From positions 160,001 through 224,000 of the IMG/VR virus record IMGVR_UViG_3300037247_001786: a DNA stretch of 64,000 bases, one strand, 5' to 3'. The position numbers and the translations under genes were made by a program. The notes beneath the pieces were generated by a model. It saw only the letters and a list, made by a program, of their open reading frames with translations, was not told where the DNA came from and made no database searches. The stretch comes from a virus. Lineage: Duplodnaviria > Caudoviricetes. Shown here piece after piece: positions 19,353 through 28,908 of this stretch; the stretch's first letter is position 1; every line of letters starts with the position of its first letter.

Positions 19353-20090
19353 ATGCCAAAACCAAAAGTTAGTATAATATTCCCATTTTATAATTGCGAA
19401 AAATTTATTGAGCAATCACTCTCTTCTTTTAGATATCTTTCATCAAGTGATTTTGAGATTATAGCGATAAATGATGGCTCAACCGATGATAGTCTTAAAG
19501 TAGCAAAAAAGGCTCTGTGTGGCTTCACTATCGATTGGAGTCTTATTAATAGAACGGTTAACCAGGGATGTTTTAAGGCTCGTATGAAGGCGATAGAGGC
19601 TTCCAGAGGTAAATACATAGCTATCGCCGACTCAGATGATGTAAATTGTAATAGAAGGTTTGAAAGGCAATTAGATTTCCTTGAAAATAACAAAGAAATA
19701 TGGGGTTGTGGGGGCTGGGCTACTAAAATCACACAAAAAGGATGTTATATTGAGACGATGGATTATCCTCCCTATAATAATGAGCTTATTATTAAGAAAA
19801 TAGTCTCTGACCCGACTTCTAATCCTATTATTGACCCTACTACGATGTTTAGAAAAAGTGATTTTTATGACTTAGGAGGGTATAGTTTCTCGGAGGATAG
19901 AAATCTTGTTGCCGATATGGATTTATGGTTTAGATCATTGTTAAGTGATAAAAAATTTGTTAATATCCCCATAGAACTTATTCAGTATAGGGTTAATCTA
20001 AATAGTAACACAAATAGGTATCAAAAAGAAATGATAAAACAACATGTGGCTGTCCGAAGAGAATTTATAAGAGATCTAAAAAGGATTTAA
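19353..20090 (+). CDS. Glycosyltransferase family 2
   Basis: VSIIFPFYN...INDGSTDDS...GKYIAIADSDD...DMDLWFR. Confidence 0.9.
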   Translation: MPKPKVSIIFPFYNCEKFIEQSLSSFRYLSSSDFEIIAINDGSTDDSLKVAKKALCGFTIDWSLINRTVNQGCFKARMKAIEASRGKYIAIADSDDVNCNRRFERQLDFLENNKEIWGCGGWATKITQKGCYIETMDYPPYNNELIIKKIVSDPTSNPIIDPTTMFRKSDFYDLGGYSFSEDRNLVADMDLWFRSLLSDKKFVNIPIELIQYRVNLNSNTNRYQKEMIKQHVAVRREFIRDLKRI

Positions 20091-20145
20091 AGCTGGATTA
20101 TAGAATGTTAAAAGAGAGTTTTAACTATATAAAGAGGAGACTGCT

Positions 20146-20682
20146 ATGAAATACATTCCGAACTGGATAATAGATGCTTTATTGTCAAAGAACTTTAAAT
20201 GTCATGAATGTCAAAAAATATTCATTGTTAAAGATTTAAGGGCGTTGGGAATAAGAGAAAGTTATATGGATGCTAAGAAGGAGTTTTTTTTCATAGAATT
20301 AAAATGCAAAGCTTGCGGCAAAGCGACATCTTTTGAAATGCAGGAAATGGATATAATCCAATTATCAGAAGAAGTTGTTGCCGAGAGTGAAGATCTAGGA
20401 GAGGATATCTATGAAGATATGGAAGATATAGAAGAGATGGATGGTGCCGTCGAAAGAGCGATAGAAAAAGCTATGGACGAAAAAAGGGAAAAAGGATTAA
20501 ATGATCTAGTAATTCCTCATAATGATAGTTTTAAAAAGAAACAAAAATTTAGTAAAATAACTTTAAAAGATGTTAGAGAAACAGCCAAAGCTCTTAAGCC
20601 GAAAGATTTCAAACATGAAAGTTTATTAGAAATGATGGGTATGTCTCCAGAAGAGATAATAGAATACAGGGAGTCAGAATGA
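20146..20682 (+). CDS. Zinc-ribbon protein with acidic middle region
   Basis: CHEC and CKAC pairs; GAGGAG SD. Confidence 0.65.
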   Translation: MKYIPNWIIDALLSKNFKCHECQKIFIVKDLRALGIRESYMDAKKEFFFIELKCKACGKATSFEMQEMDIIQLSEEVVAESEDLGEDIYEDMEDIEEMDGAVERAIEKAMDEKREKGLNDLVIPHNDSFKKKQKFSKITLKDVRETAKALKPKDFKHESLLEMMGMSPEEIIEYRESE

Positions 20683-21692
20683 ATATAACTAATTTTTCTT
20701 TAGCACAACATATACTTAAAGATATATGTCGTGAAGAAAGAGTCCCTTTTGTGGACGTTTCTATTTCCTTTGAGAAAGAGGGGGAAGGAATCTATATATC
20801 AGATAGCCGAAGCGTCTGCCAAACTATCTATAAAATAATATGTGCGTATATCGATAATTCGATAGAGATACTAGGAAAGCAGTTATTGGAAGACAGTAAT
20901 AAAAAGGATGATTTTTTAACAAATTTAGCTACATCTTTAAGATCGATAGCTTATTCAGAGAACGGATGGACTTCAGATGTTAAAGAATTATTTTTGCAAG
21001 GAATATATCAGAGACCTATCATCTGGATACTTATGAAGGATATTATTTGTCCTATTTATGACCTACCTTTAAAGAATGTTAGAGTTGTTACCGGAAAAAA
21101 TCCTCAAGTTGATATCGCTAGGTATTATGAAGAAGGAGAGATAGATACGGGTGATTTTGAGAATTATCCTTTTATATTTGTTAATGAAGTGGCTAATAAG
21201 CCTGTTTTAAATGCTTTACTATTTATTGAAACGTTAAAAGCGTATGGAGTTGACCCTGTAGAGGTTCTCTTAGATATTTTTGAAAGTGAGTTATTTGATA
21301 AATTTGAGGGATTACTAACTTTAGCTTTTGATGATAATCCAAATGGAAAAGCGGTATTTATTCATACTTTAACGAATGTGTTGAGGATTAATTATAATTA
21401 TAAAATAATTACAGCTCAGGGTATGAATATGGAGAGGCAAAATAATTTCTGGTTCCTTGGATTAATAGAGGGGATGCTAGATAAAACAAGAGGATCAGAC
21501 TGGTCAACGACTAAGGAACTTCAGCCGTATGTTGAAGCGTTTTGGAATAAAGTTGAAAATGTTAAAAAAGCTAAAGGTGGACAAAATGTCACTTTTAATG
21601 AGCTTTTGCAGTTAAAAAGAGAAGAAGGTCCTAAAGGGATAGATCCCACTAGGACATTGCAACAGCTTTTGTCGTCAGATAGGGTTTGGTAA
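20679..21692 (+). CDS. Hypothetical protein
   Basis: 337-aa ORF with ATGA overlap; no recognised motif. Confidence 0.6.
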   Translation: MNITNFSLAQHILKDICREERVPFVDVSISFEKEGEGIYISDSRSVCQTIYKIICAYIDNSIEILGKQLLEDSNKKDDFLTNLATSLRSIAYSENGWTSDVKELFLQGIYQRPIIWILMKDIICPIYDLPLKNVRVVTGKNPQVDIARYYEEGEIDTGDFENYPFIFVNEVANKPVLNALLFIETLKAYGVDPVEVLLDIFESELFDKFEGLLTLAFDDNPNGKAVFIHTLTNVLRINYNYKIITAQGMNMERQNNFWFLGLIEGMLDKTRGSDWSTTKELQPYVEAFWNKVENVKKAKGGQNVTFNELLQLKREEGPKGIDPTRTLQQLLSSDRVW

Positions 21693-21710
21693 TTAAATAG
21701 GAGTAGCAAG

Positions 21711-21926
21711 ATGAAAAAAGAAGAATTATTGCAAGAGTTATGTCAGTGTGGAGAAGAGATATTAAGTATCTATAACAAAATACAAGAAGCTATTAATTTA
21801 TCTAGAGATGGGAAGTGGTACCATTCAGATACTAAATTGCAAGGTACAAAACAGAAAATATCTAATTTATATGAGAATCTCGGTTCTTTAAGAAAAGAAA
21901 TACAAAATGAAGATAATAAAGACTAA
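21711..21926 (+). CDS. Hypothetical protein
   Basis: 71-aa helical ORF with AGGAG SD. Confidence 0.55.
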   Translation: MKKEELLQELCQCGEEILSIYNKIQEAINLSRDGKWYHSDTKLQGTKQKISNLYENLGSLRKEIQNEDNKD

Positions 21927-22137
21927 AAATTACATACAATCATCAGGAGGTCCAAGCGGCGACTACGAAACGCAGAAGTCTATTTGGGGACCTTCTAAAA
22001 GTGGTCCTATGGATCTTTTTAGAGAGAAAAGTGATAGCGAAGATAGTATAAAGAAGAAATGGAAGAGAAAAAAAGTACCTATGGTAGGAGTGAAAAAGCC
22101 ATATCAAAAAGATGGTGTTCCCGAGAGTACGATGTAA
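21907..22137 (+). CDS. Hypothetical protein
   Basis: 76-aa ORF filling the gap before the helicase gene. Confidence 0.5.
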   Translation: MKIIKTKNYIQSSGGPSGDYETQKSIWGPSKSGPMDLFREKSDSEDSIKKKWKRKKVPMVGVKKPYQKDGVPESTM

Positions 22138-22141
22138 TTAG

Positions 22142-23692
22142 ATGAATATAACATTAAGAATAGATAATAATTCAACTTACATTATAGGTAGGTTGTCAAG
22201 TCCAATATATCAAGACCTCAAGAAGTGTCTAGGGTACATGCCCGAAAATGCGATCTTTATGATTAAGCAAGTTGAAGAAAAAAATGAGAGAGATAGGCTT
22301 TCGGGCAAAGACGTATCTTGGAAGACAGAATGGGATGGTCGTATCAGTTCAGTTTGTTACTCAGCAGCTAATTGTAAGTGTTCTATAAAAAAACAAGGGA
22401 CTCACTTCCCCACTGGATTAGCTTCTAGAGCAATTAATCTATTAAGGTCAAAAGGGGTAATTGTGACTGTCGAAGATTGTAGGCAAGAAGTTGATAAATC
22501 TTTAAGCCTTTCCATGTCGGAAGATTTTGAAACAAGAGATTATCAAAAAGAAGTTATAGATGCGGCCTGCAATGTCGATAGAGGCATCATTAAGTGTGCG
22601 ACTGGATCTGGTAAAACCTCAATAGCTTCAGCGATAATAGCTAATCGAGCAGTTTCTCCAATGATATTTTATGTTACCTCTATAGATCTTTTGACTCAAG
22701 CAAAATCAGAATTAGAAAAATTCATAAAATTAAACGGTTCTGATCTAAAGGTCGGAGAACTAAGTGGTCTTAAAAAAGATATACAGGACATTACGGTTAT
22801 GACCGTTCAGACTGCGGTGAGGTCACTAGGTGGGGTATGGGTCAAATTCGACGAAGAAGATTCTAAAAAAGAAAAAGAAGATATTTCAAAAATCAAAAAA
22901 GAGGTTAGGGATTTAATTCATTCATCAAAATTGATGGTATGTGATGAAGTCCAGCACTGGGCTGCTGAAACTTGTCAAATTATTTCTGACCATTCCTACT
23001 CTGCTAGATATAGATATGGAATGTCCGCCACTCCTTTTAGAGATAAGGGAGATGATATACTTATAGATGGATGTTTTGGTAGGGTTATCGCAGACATTAA
23101 TGCCTCTATGCTAATTAGATTGGGTTATTTAGTGAAGCCTAAAATAACTTTTATTCCAATAGATAATAGTATGGGGTCAAAGAAATTAAATTATGCAAAT
23201 ATTTATAAAGAAGCAATAGTTTATAACTCATACAGGAATAATATCATTTCTACTCTTGCCCAGAATATGGCTAATGACGGAAGAATAGTCTTAATACTTT
23301 GCAAACAAATAGCTCATGGAAAACTTCTAGAGAAATTAATCCCTGAAAGTACTTTCCTGCATGGATCCCATTCTGCCAAAAAACGCAAAAAGCATATAGA
23401 TCTAATGAGAAGTGGAGAGGCTAATATAACTATAGCTTCAACGATACTTGATGAGGGAGTTGACTGTAAACCATTAGACGGTTTAATATTGGCTGGTAGT
23501 GGAAAGTCTCCCACAAGAGCGTTACAGCGAGTAGGAAGGACATTGCGTCCATATACATATCCAGATGGAAGAGTTAAGCAGCAGGCAATGGTAGTTGATT
23601 TTATGGACAATTGCAAATACATGAGAGACCATAGTAAAAAAAGGTTAAAAATGTACAAATCAGAACCTGAATTTGAAGTGGAGGTAATGTAG
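22142..23692 (+). CDS. Superfamily 2 DNA helicase (UvsW/SSL2-like)
   Basis: RDYQ, ATGSGKT, DEVQH, MSATP, LDEGVD, QRVGR.LR motifs. Confidence 0.9.
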   Translation: MNITLRIDNNSTYIIGRLSSPIYQDLKKCLGYMPENAIFMIKQVEEKNERDRLSGKDVSWKTEWDGRISSVCYSAANCKCSIKKQGTHFPTGLASRAINLLRSKGVIVTVEDCRQEVDKSLSLSMSEDFETRDYQKEVIDAACNVDRGIIKCATGSGKTSIASAIIANRAVSPMIFYVTSIDLLTQAKSELEKFIKLNGSDLKVGELSGLKKDIQDITVMTVQTAVRSLGGVWVKFDEEDSKKEKEDISKIKKEVRDLIHSSKLMVCDEVQHWAAETCQIISDHSYSARYRYGMSATPFRDKGDDILIDGCFGRVIADINASMLIRLGYLVKPKITFIPIDNSMGSKKLNYANIYKEAIVYNSYRNNIISTLAQNMANDGRIVLILCKQIAHGKLLEKLIPESTFLHGSHSAKKRKKHIDLMRSGEANITIASTILDEGVDCKPLDGLILAGSGKSPTRALQRVGRTLRPYTYPDGRVKQQAMVVDFMDNCKYMRDHSKKRLKMYKSEPEFEVEVM

Positions 23693-23696
23693 ATAA

Positions 23697-24902
23697 GTGT
23701 CACGATGGGATTTAAGCAAAAGGGATAAAAGAAAAGAGACGGGACTTGTAGGGGAAGTTATAGATTTTTCTCAGTTGGGTGGAGGAGACAATATCGTCAC
23801 CGACGGGTCAAGGATTGGGAGTATCGTTTCTGTCCTTAAAAATTTTAAGAATCCTTATGTTGGCAACAAGAGAAAACTCATTCCCTTTATTATAGAAGTG
23901 ATAGACAAGCATGACATAGAATATAATTCTGTTTTAGACTTATTCTCTGGTAGTGCTTTTTGTTCAATGGCGTTTAAGATGCTTGGTAAAAAAGTAATCT
24001 CTAACGATTTGCTTTCTTGCTCATACTTAAATGCTGTGGCATTTGTTCAAAATAAAGATATCGTTTTGTCGGAAGAGGAGCAAGGTTATTTATTCGCGGG
24101 AGAAGATCCTGTAGAGTGGATTATCGATGATAAATTTCTGAACAGACTCGACGAGGGTGAAATAGAAATTATTTCTTCTTACTATAAGAGAGCTATGGAG
24201 AGATGGGGAAGCCCTATAGGTAGAAAGATATTAGACAAATCTACAGAAGATAATATTAAATCTGCTTTGGCTATTGCTTATATGCAGAACTATATTATAG
24301 AAAATTGTTTTGTTGGAGGAGGATTAAATAGTGGTCAAATTTTAGCTGAATATGACCACCGTATAGACCACCCGAGGAACAAAGGTTATAACATGTTCTT
24401 TAATGGGAGAGATTTTTCGTATAGCAATATGCGTTGGCAAAGTCCAATCTACCCAACTGATACTAATCAACATGAATGTTATAATCTTGACGCTATTGAA
24501 ATGTTATGTATAGTCCGACCAGAAGTAGACCTTGTTTATATAGACCCTCCTTACGGAGGTGGTCAAAGTGACTATAGCTCGATGTATGAATTATTCGAAG
24601 GAATGCTTCATGGAAAACTACACCATACGAGCGGAGAGTTTAGGCATGGGGCTGACAGGTTTATTAATAAGGATAACTATAAAGAGAACTTTTCTACGCT
24701 AATGGCTGATTGTAAAGATATCCCTAATATGATTATTAGTTATAACGATACGAGTTGGGGAACGATAGATGAAATTTGCGAAGTAGTTAGAGAGCATCGC
24801 AACAATGTTGTGGTTGAAGAGTTTGATTACTCTTACAAGTATAGAGATAAGAAGAATAATAATAAAGGAACAAAAGAATATATAATTATAGCGAAGGAGT
24901 AA
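23697..24902 (+). CDS. D12-class (Dam-like, alpha) N6-adenine DNA methyltransferase
   Basis: PYVGNKRKL, DLFSGS, SND, VYIDPPY. Confidence 0.85.
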   Translation: MSRWDLSKRDKRKETGLVGEVIDFSQLGGGDNIVTDGSRIGSIVSVLKNFKNPYVGNKRKLIPFIIEVIDKHDIEYNSVLDLFSGSAFCSMAFKMLGKKVISNDLLSCSYLNAVAFVQNKDIVLSEEEQGYLFAGEDPVEWIIDDKFLNRLDEGEIEIISSYYKRAMERWGSPIGRKILDKSTEDNIKSALAIAYMQNYIIENCFVGGGLNSGQILAEYDHRIDHPRNKGYNMFFNGRDFSYSNMRWQSPIYPTDTNQHECYNLDAIEMLCIVRPEVDLVYIDPPYGGGQSDYSSMYELFEGMLHGKLHHTSGEFRHGADRFINKDNYKENFSTLMADCKDIPNMIISYNDTSWGTIDEICEVVREHRNNVVVEEFDYSYKYRDKKNNNKGTKEYIIIAKE

Positions 24903-25832
24903 ATGATGCAAATGGTTTCTGATCCTGATAAAATTATACTTGAAAGTATGGCGAAGGCAAAAGGGATAACTGTAGAAGAAGTTAAAGATAATATTAAGAA
25001 AAATAAGAAAAAATCACAAAAAAAACGAAACAATTCTCCTGTTGAAATAACTATAAGTGATAAAGCTAGATCAATAGATTTTTCTCAAATTAAAGGAAGC
25101 ATAAAGAGGAACACTCCTAAAGAGAATGTTTTTGAATGGGGCATTAAAGATGTCGCTTTGTATGTGAAAGATAAATATTATAAGAAATTCAAAAAAGACT
25201 GGATGCATAGAGTCATTGGTAGCTGTCCAGAATTAAGAAGAATTCATGATAGGATATTAGATATTTATGGGCTTTGCGATTTTTTAGTGATGAGAGATTA
25301 TATCGACTACATATTTTCCGAAAAGATAGAAGGGATTATAGATCGAGCAGGCGGAGTTTTTTATGTAAGAAATTTTAGAGATGATAATTATATTATTGAC
25401 TTTATTCGAAGTTATGATTATAAGGATAGTTTTGGGAGAGAGATGTGGGGGAATGATGATCAAGAACAGCTATCGGAAAAACCCTCTATGTCAAATGAGA
25501 GTATCGGGGAAATATTTTTATTAAGTGAGGAATCGTTTGTAACTACTTATGGGATAGTTGTATGTATTTTTTGGTTAATAAAATATAAGAAATATGCGAA
25601 TGGAGATGCTGCTCGAAGAGTTTTAGATATTTGTCAAAAATTGAACAATAAAGGGAAATTTAAATTAGCTAAAGAGAGAACAGAGCAATTATCTCCTTAC
25701 CATGAGAGTATTAGATTTCCTAAAATGAAAGAATTTTTGAAAAATATTGATGGTAGATACAAAATAGAAATAGAATATAAGGAGAACCCTATTATTAGAA
25801 GTAAATTTAATTTTTTAGAGGAACAAGAATGA
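24903..25832 (+). CDS. Hypothetical protein in the replication region
   Basis: 309-aa ORF abutting the MTase and overlapping infC. Confidence 0.6.
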   Translation: MMQMVSDPDKIILESMAKAKGITVEEVKDNIKKNKKKSQKKRNNSPVEITISDKARSIDFSQIKGSIKRNTPKENVFEWGIKDVALYVKDKYYKKFKKDWMHRVIGSCPELRRIHDRILDIYGLCDFLVMRDYIDYIFSEKIEGIIDRAGGVFYVRNFRDDNYIIDFIRSYDYKDSFGREMWGNDDQEQLSEKPSMSNESIGEIFLLSEESFVTTYGIVVCIFWLIKYKKYANGDAARRVLDICQKLNNKGKFKLAKERTEQLSPYHESIRFPKMKEFLKNIDGRYKIEIEYKENPIIRSKFNFLEEQE

Positions 25833-26329
25833 AAAAACAATGTGCCAATGAGCAGATTAAAGAAAGAGAAGTGAAATTAGTTATGAGCGATGGAAGCATG
25901 AGGGGGCTTGTTCCGACACATCTCGCATTATCCATTGCTAAAGATAGCGAATTAGACTTAGTGCAAGTATCGCCTGCAAAAGGGAATAATCCTGCTATTT
26001 GCAAACTTATGGATCTCGGAAAAATAAAGTACAATAGTTCTAGGAATAAGAAACATCAACACAAAGATGTAACAAAAGAAATAAAAGTCGGTTTTAATAT
26101 TTCTGAACATGATATGGGAACAAAGTCGAAACAGATCGCTAAGTTTTTATCAAAAAAATATAAAGTTAGATTCACTTTGGAGTTGAGAGGAAGATATAAG
26201 TACATGAAAGATCTCGCTTCTGCGAAAATGGATAGCCATTTAAAATCATTTGAAGAAGTCGCCCAATGGGATGATATAAAAGAAAATAATAATAATTTTT
26301 CAGTAATGTTAAAACCTCTTGGAAAGTGA
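25829..26329 (+). CDS. infC: Translation initiation factor IF-3
   Basis: NEQIKEREVKLV...ALSIAKDSELDLVQVSP...PAICKLMDLGKIKY...KEIKV...ISEHD...KFL....KVRFTL..RGR. Confidence 0.9.
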   Translation: MKKQCANEQIKEREVKLVMSDGSMRGLVPTHLALSIAKDSELDLVQVSPAKGNNPAICKLMDLGKIKYNSSRNKKHQHKDVTKEIKVGFNISEHDMGTKSKQIAKFLSKKYKVRFTLELRGRYKYMKDLASAKMDSHLKSFEEVAQWDDIKENNNNFSVMLKPLGK

Positions 26330-26347
26330 AAAGATACTTGTTAAGTT
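26319..26347 (+). promoter_or_regulatory. Variant promoter TTGGAA-A-GTGAAA-N10-TAAGTT upstream of the AAA ATPase
   Basis: Same geometry as the consensus class; TG extended -10; two deviations from consensus. Confidence 0.5.
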
Positions 26348-26387
26348 ATGTGATGTAGATATATAAAAATTTTGGAGACGTAATAGT

Positions 26388-28061
26388 ATGGAAGATATTC
26401 CAGTAGAAGAAAGTAGACAAACACTTGAGATGATGGCAACGAAGGATTTTAGAGACGATTTTTTAACACAGTTAAAAGCTCGGTACCCATTATTTTATGT
26501 TACGACGAATGAGGAAAAACGTTTTTATTCATTTCTAGAACATTTTTGCAGAGTTCATGGGTACTCTTGTTATCTGTGGGATTGTTTTAGAGGATTAATA
26601 GATATTGAGACGGCAGAACCAGTCGGAGGGACAGATGAGACAATTAGGCTTCCCAATTCGATACTAGAGCATATTCGAGAAGAATCTTCGCGTCTTGCAG
26701 GAGATAATGATAGATTAACTAGTCTAAAAAGTAGAGGTAAGAGAGGAGTCATATATATTCTTCTTGACTTCTTTAGATTTATTGATCCTAAGCACAGGTC
26801 TCCTCAATGGGATATTGAAAGGAGATTGAAGTCTTTAACAAATATCGATGGAGTTGTTTCTACAATAATGACCGGACCCAGATATGCTATTCCAGAAGTC
26901 CTTGAAAATTTAGTTCAGACGATAGATTTTCCGTATCCTAATAAAAATGAAATTAAAAATGTTCTTTGGGGAGCCGTATCTAGTGTCGAGGCGAAGATTA
27001 AGAATATTAGGGAAGATACAATCGATATCGAAGAAAATTTAGTTAATTCAGTGAGTGGATTAACTTTGCTAGAGGCTCAAACGGCTTTTGCGAAATCTCT
27101 TGTATTGCATAAAGGATGGGATATCCAAACCTTGCTAAAAGAGAAGAAGCAGATTATAGCGAAAAGTGGTATGCTTGAGTTCTATGACAAAACCGTAAGT
27201 GTAGACGAGATAGGAGGTCTCAAACATTTAATCAACTGGATAAAAGATAGGAAACATTGTTTTAGTGAGGAGGCGGAAGCCTATGGTCTACCTAAGCCAA
27301 AAGGTATTTTAACAATAGGCTTTCCAGGAACAGGTAAAAGTTTAACCTGTAAAGCTGTTTCTGGATTATGGGGGATGCCTTTATTGAGATTGGATTTTGG
27401 AAAAATGTTTCAATCTCATGTTGGTGCTTCTGAGGAAAATATTAGAAATGCTATTAAGCTGGCGGAAACTGTCGCCCCTTGCGTTTTGTGGATCGACGAA
27501 ATAGAAAAAGCTATTTCGGGAGTTCGTTCTAGTGGAAGTACAGATGGAGGGACTACAAGTCGTGTTTTAAGTACCTTTCTAACTTGGATGCAAGAAAAAG
27601 AAGCTCCAGTTTTTGTTGTTGCAACGGCTAATGATTACACATCTATTCCTGCTGAATTTTTAAGAGCAGGCAGATTTGATGAAATCTTTTTTGTTAATGT
27701 TCCAAATAGAACGGAAAGAAAAGAAATATTTTCAGTTCAATTAATAAAAAAAGGTTATGATCCTAAAGATTTCGATATTGAAGAGTTGGCTAGAATAACT
27801 GACCATTACACAGGAGCAGAAACTGAAAAGGCGATAGATAAAGCTATGCTAGCTGGTTTTGTTGATGGTAAAAGACCGATAACAACAAAAGATATTATTA
27901 TTGCTGTAAAGGCGTTCACTCCTCTTGCAATAATGAGAGCAGAAGAATTTGAGGGTATGTCTGAGTGGGCCGCCGATAACTGTGTCTCTGCTAGTGAGGA
28001 GGAACCTGTAGTTAAAGAAACTATGGGAATTAGTCACATAAAGAATATAGATATAGAGTAA
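26388..28061 (+). CDS. Ycf46-like AAA+ ATPase (degenerate N-terminal AAA plus active C-terminal AAA)
   Basis: [43 protein letters not shown]. Confidence 0.9.
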   Translation: MEDIPVEESRQTLEMMATKDFRDDFLTQLKARYPLFYVTTNEEKRFYSFLEHFCRVHGYSCYLWDCFRGLIDIETAEPVGGTDETIRLPNSILEHIREESSRLAGDNDRLTSLKSRGKRGVIYILLDFFRFIDPKHRSPQWDIERRLKSLTNIDGVVSTIMTGPRYAIPEVLENLVQTIDFPYPNKNEIKNVLWGAVSSVEAKIKNIREDTIDIEENLVNSVSGLTLLEAQTAFAKSLVLHKGWDIQTLLKEKKQIIAKSGMLEFYDKTVSVDEIGGLKHLINWIKDRKHCFSEEAEAYGLPKPKGILTIGFPGTGKSLTCKAVSGLWGMPLLRLDFGKMFQSHVGASEENIRNAIKLAETVAPCVLWIDEIEKAISGVRSSGSTDGGTTSRVLSTFLTWMQEKEAPVFVVATANDYTSIPAEFLRAGRFDEIFFVNVPNRTERKEIFSVQLIKKGYDPKDFDIEELARITDHYTGAETEKAIDKAMLAGFVDGKRPITTKDIIIAVKAFTPLAIMRAEEFEGMSEWAADNCVSASEEEPVVKETMGISHIKNIDIE

Positions 28062-28086
28062 GGATATAGAGCAAGGATATAGAGTG
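28051..28086 (+). repeat. Tandem 13-bp repeat, about 3 copies (ATATAGAGYAAGG)
   Basis: atatagagtaagg|atatagagcaagg|atatagagtg spans the AAA stop and the GTG start of the next gene. Confidence 0.8.
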
Positions 28087-28908
28087 AAAAATATTGCCAC
28101 ATTAAAAAAAATATATTATCAAAATTATATTAGTAAGTTCAACTTTGCGAATATGAGCGAAGAGGAGGCGAGTAAAACCAAATTGCGTTGCAAGTCGGTA
28201 TCCGAAGTTAAGTCTCTTATCGATATAGTCATTGATAGAGAGTATAGAGGTTTGACTATATTCGATATGACAGGCGAGACTAAAAATAAGCAAAAGGTAC
28301 TGGACTCTAAAGAGGCGATAAGAGCAAAGAATTTAATATGTAAATATATTTGGGGCTATAGTTGGGAAGAGTTGAAATCCAAGTTTGGCGAAGAAAAAAA
28401 TATAAAAAAATATATTTCTTTTAATTCTGTTTTAATGAGAAGATTAGAGAATGGGAATAATGTAATTATTTACGGTGGAACTAATGGACCTTGTGGTAGA
28501 ACATTAGTCGCCTCTATTATTATTAAAGAAGCTATTAAGATGAGATTATTTACTCCAGATATTATTTCTCAAACATATGGTTGGGTTGATTTTCAGACTT
28601 TAACTAAAGACTTAAGAGATGATAGTAAGGCTGCGGTTCATTACAGAACAGCAGATTGGTTAGTTGTTGATAGTATTTATTTTCCAAAAGGTGAAACAGA
28701 TGGTCAATTCGCCTATAGAACTAATTTGCAAGATCCTTTTTTTATATATAGACTAAAAAATAATTTACCTACTATACTTGTGTTTCAATATGATATAAGA
28801 TTAAAGATAAGTCCATTATATAAAACTTTTGGCATAGGTATCTCCAATATCGTTAATAATCCGAGAGCTTGTAGAATTCCATTAAGTAAGAGAGAGGAAA
28901 ATGAGTGA
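28084..28908 (+). CDS. DnaC/IstB-like helicase loader with degenerate P-loop
   Basis: NVIIYGGTNGPCGRTLVASI (Walker A-like), ADWLVVDSI (Walker B-like), RLKNNLPTIL; directly upstream of dnaB. Confidence 0.6.
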   Translation: MKNIATLKKIYYQNYISKFNFANMSEEEASKTKLRCKSVSEVKSLIDIVIDREYRGLTIFDMTGETKNKQKVLDSKEAIRAKNLICKYIWGYSWEELKSKFGEEKNIKKYISFNSVLMRRLENGNNVIIYGGTNGPCGRTLVASIIIKEAIKMRLFTPDIISQTYGWVDFQTLTKDLRDDSKAAVHYRTADWLVVDSIYFPKGETDGQFAYRTNLQDPFFIYRLKNNLPTILVFQYDIRLKISPLYKTFGIGISNIVNNPRACRIPLSKREENE

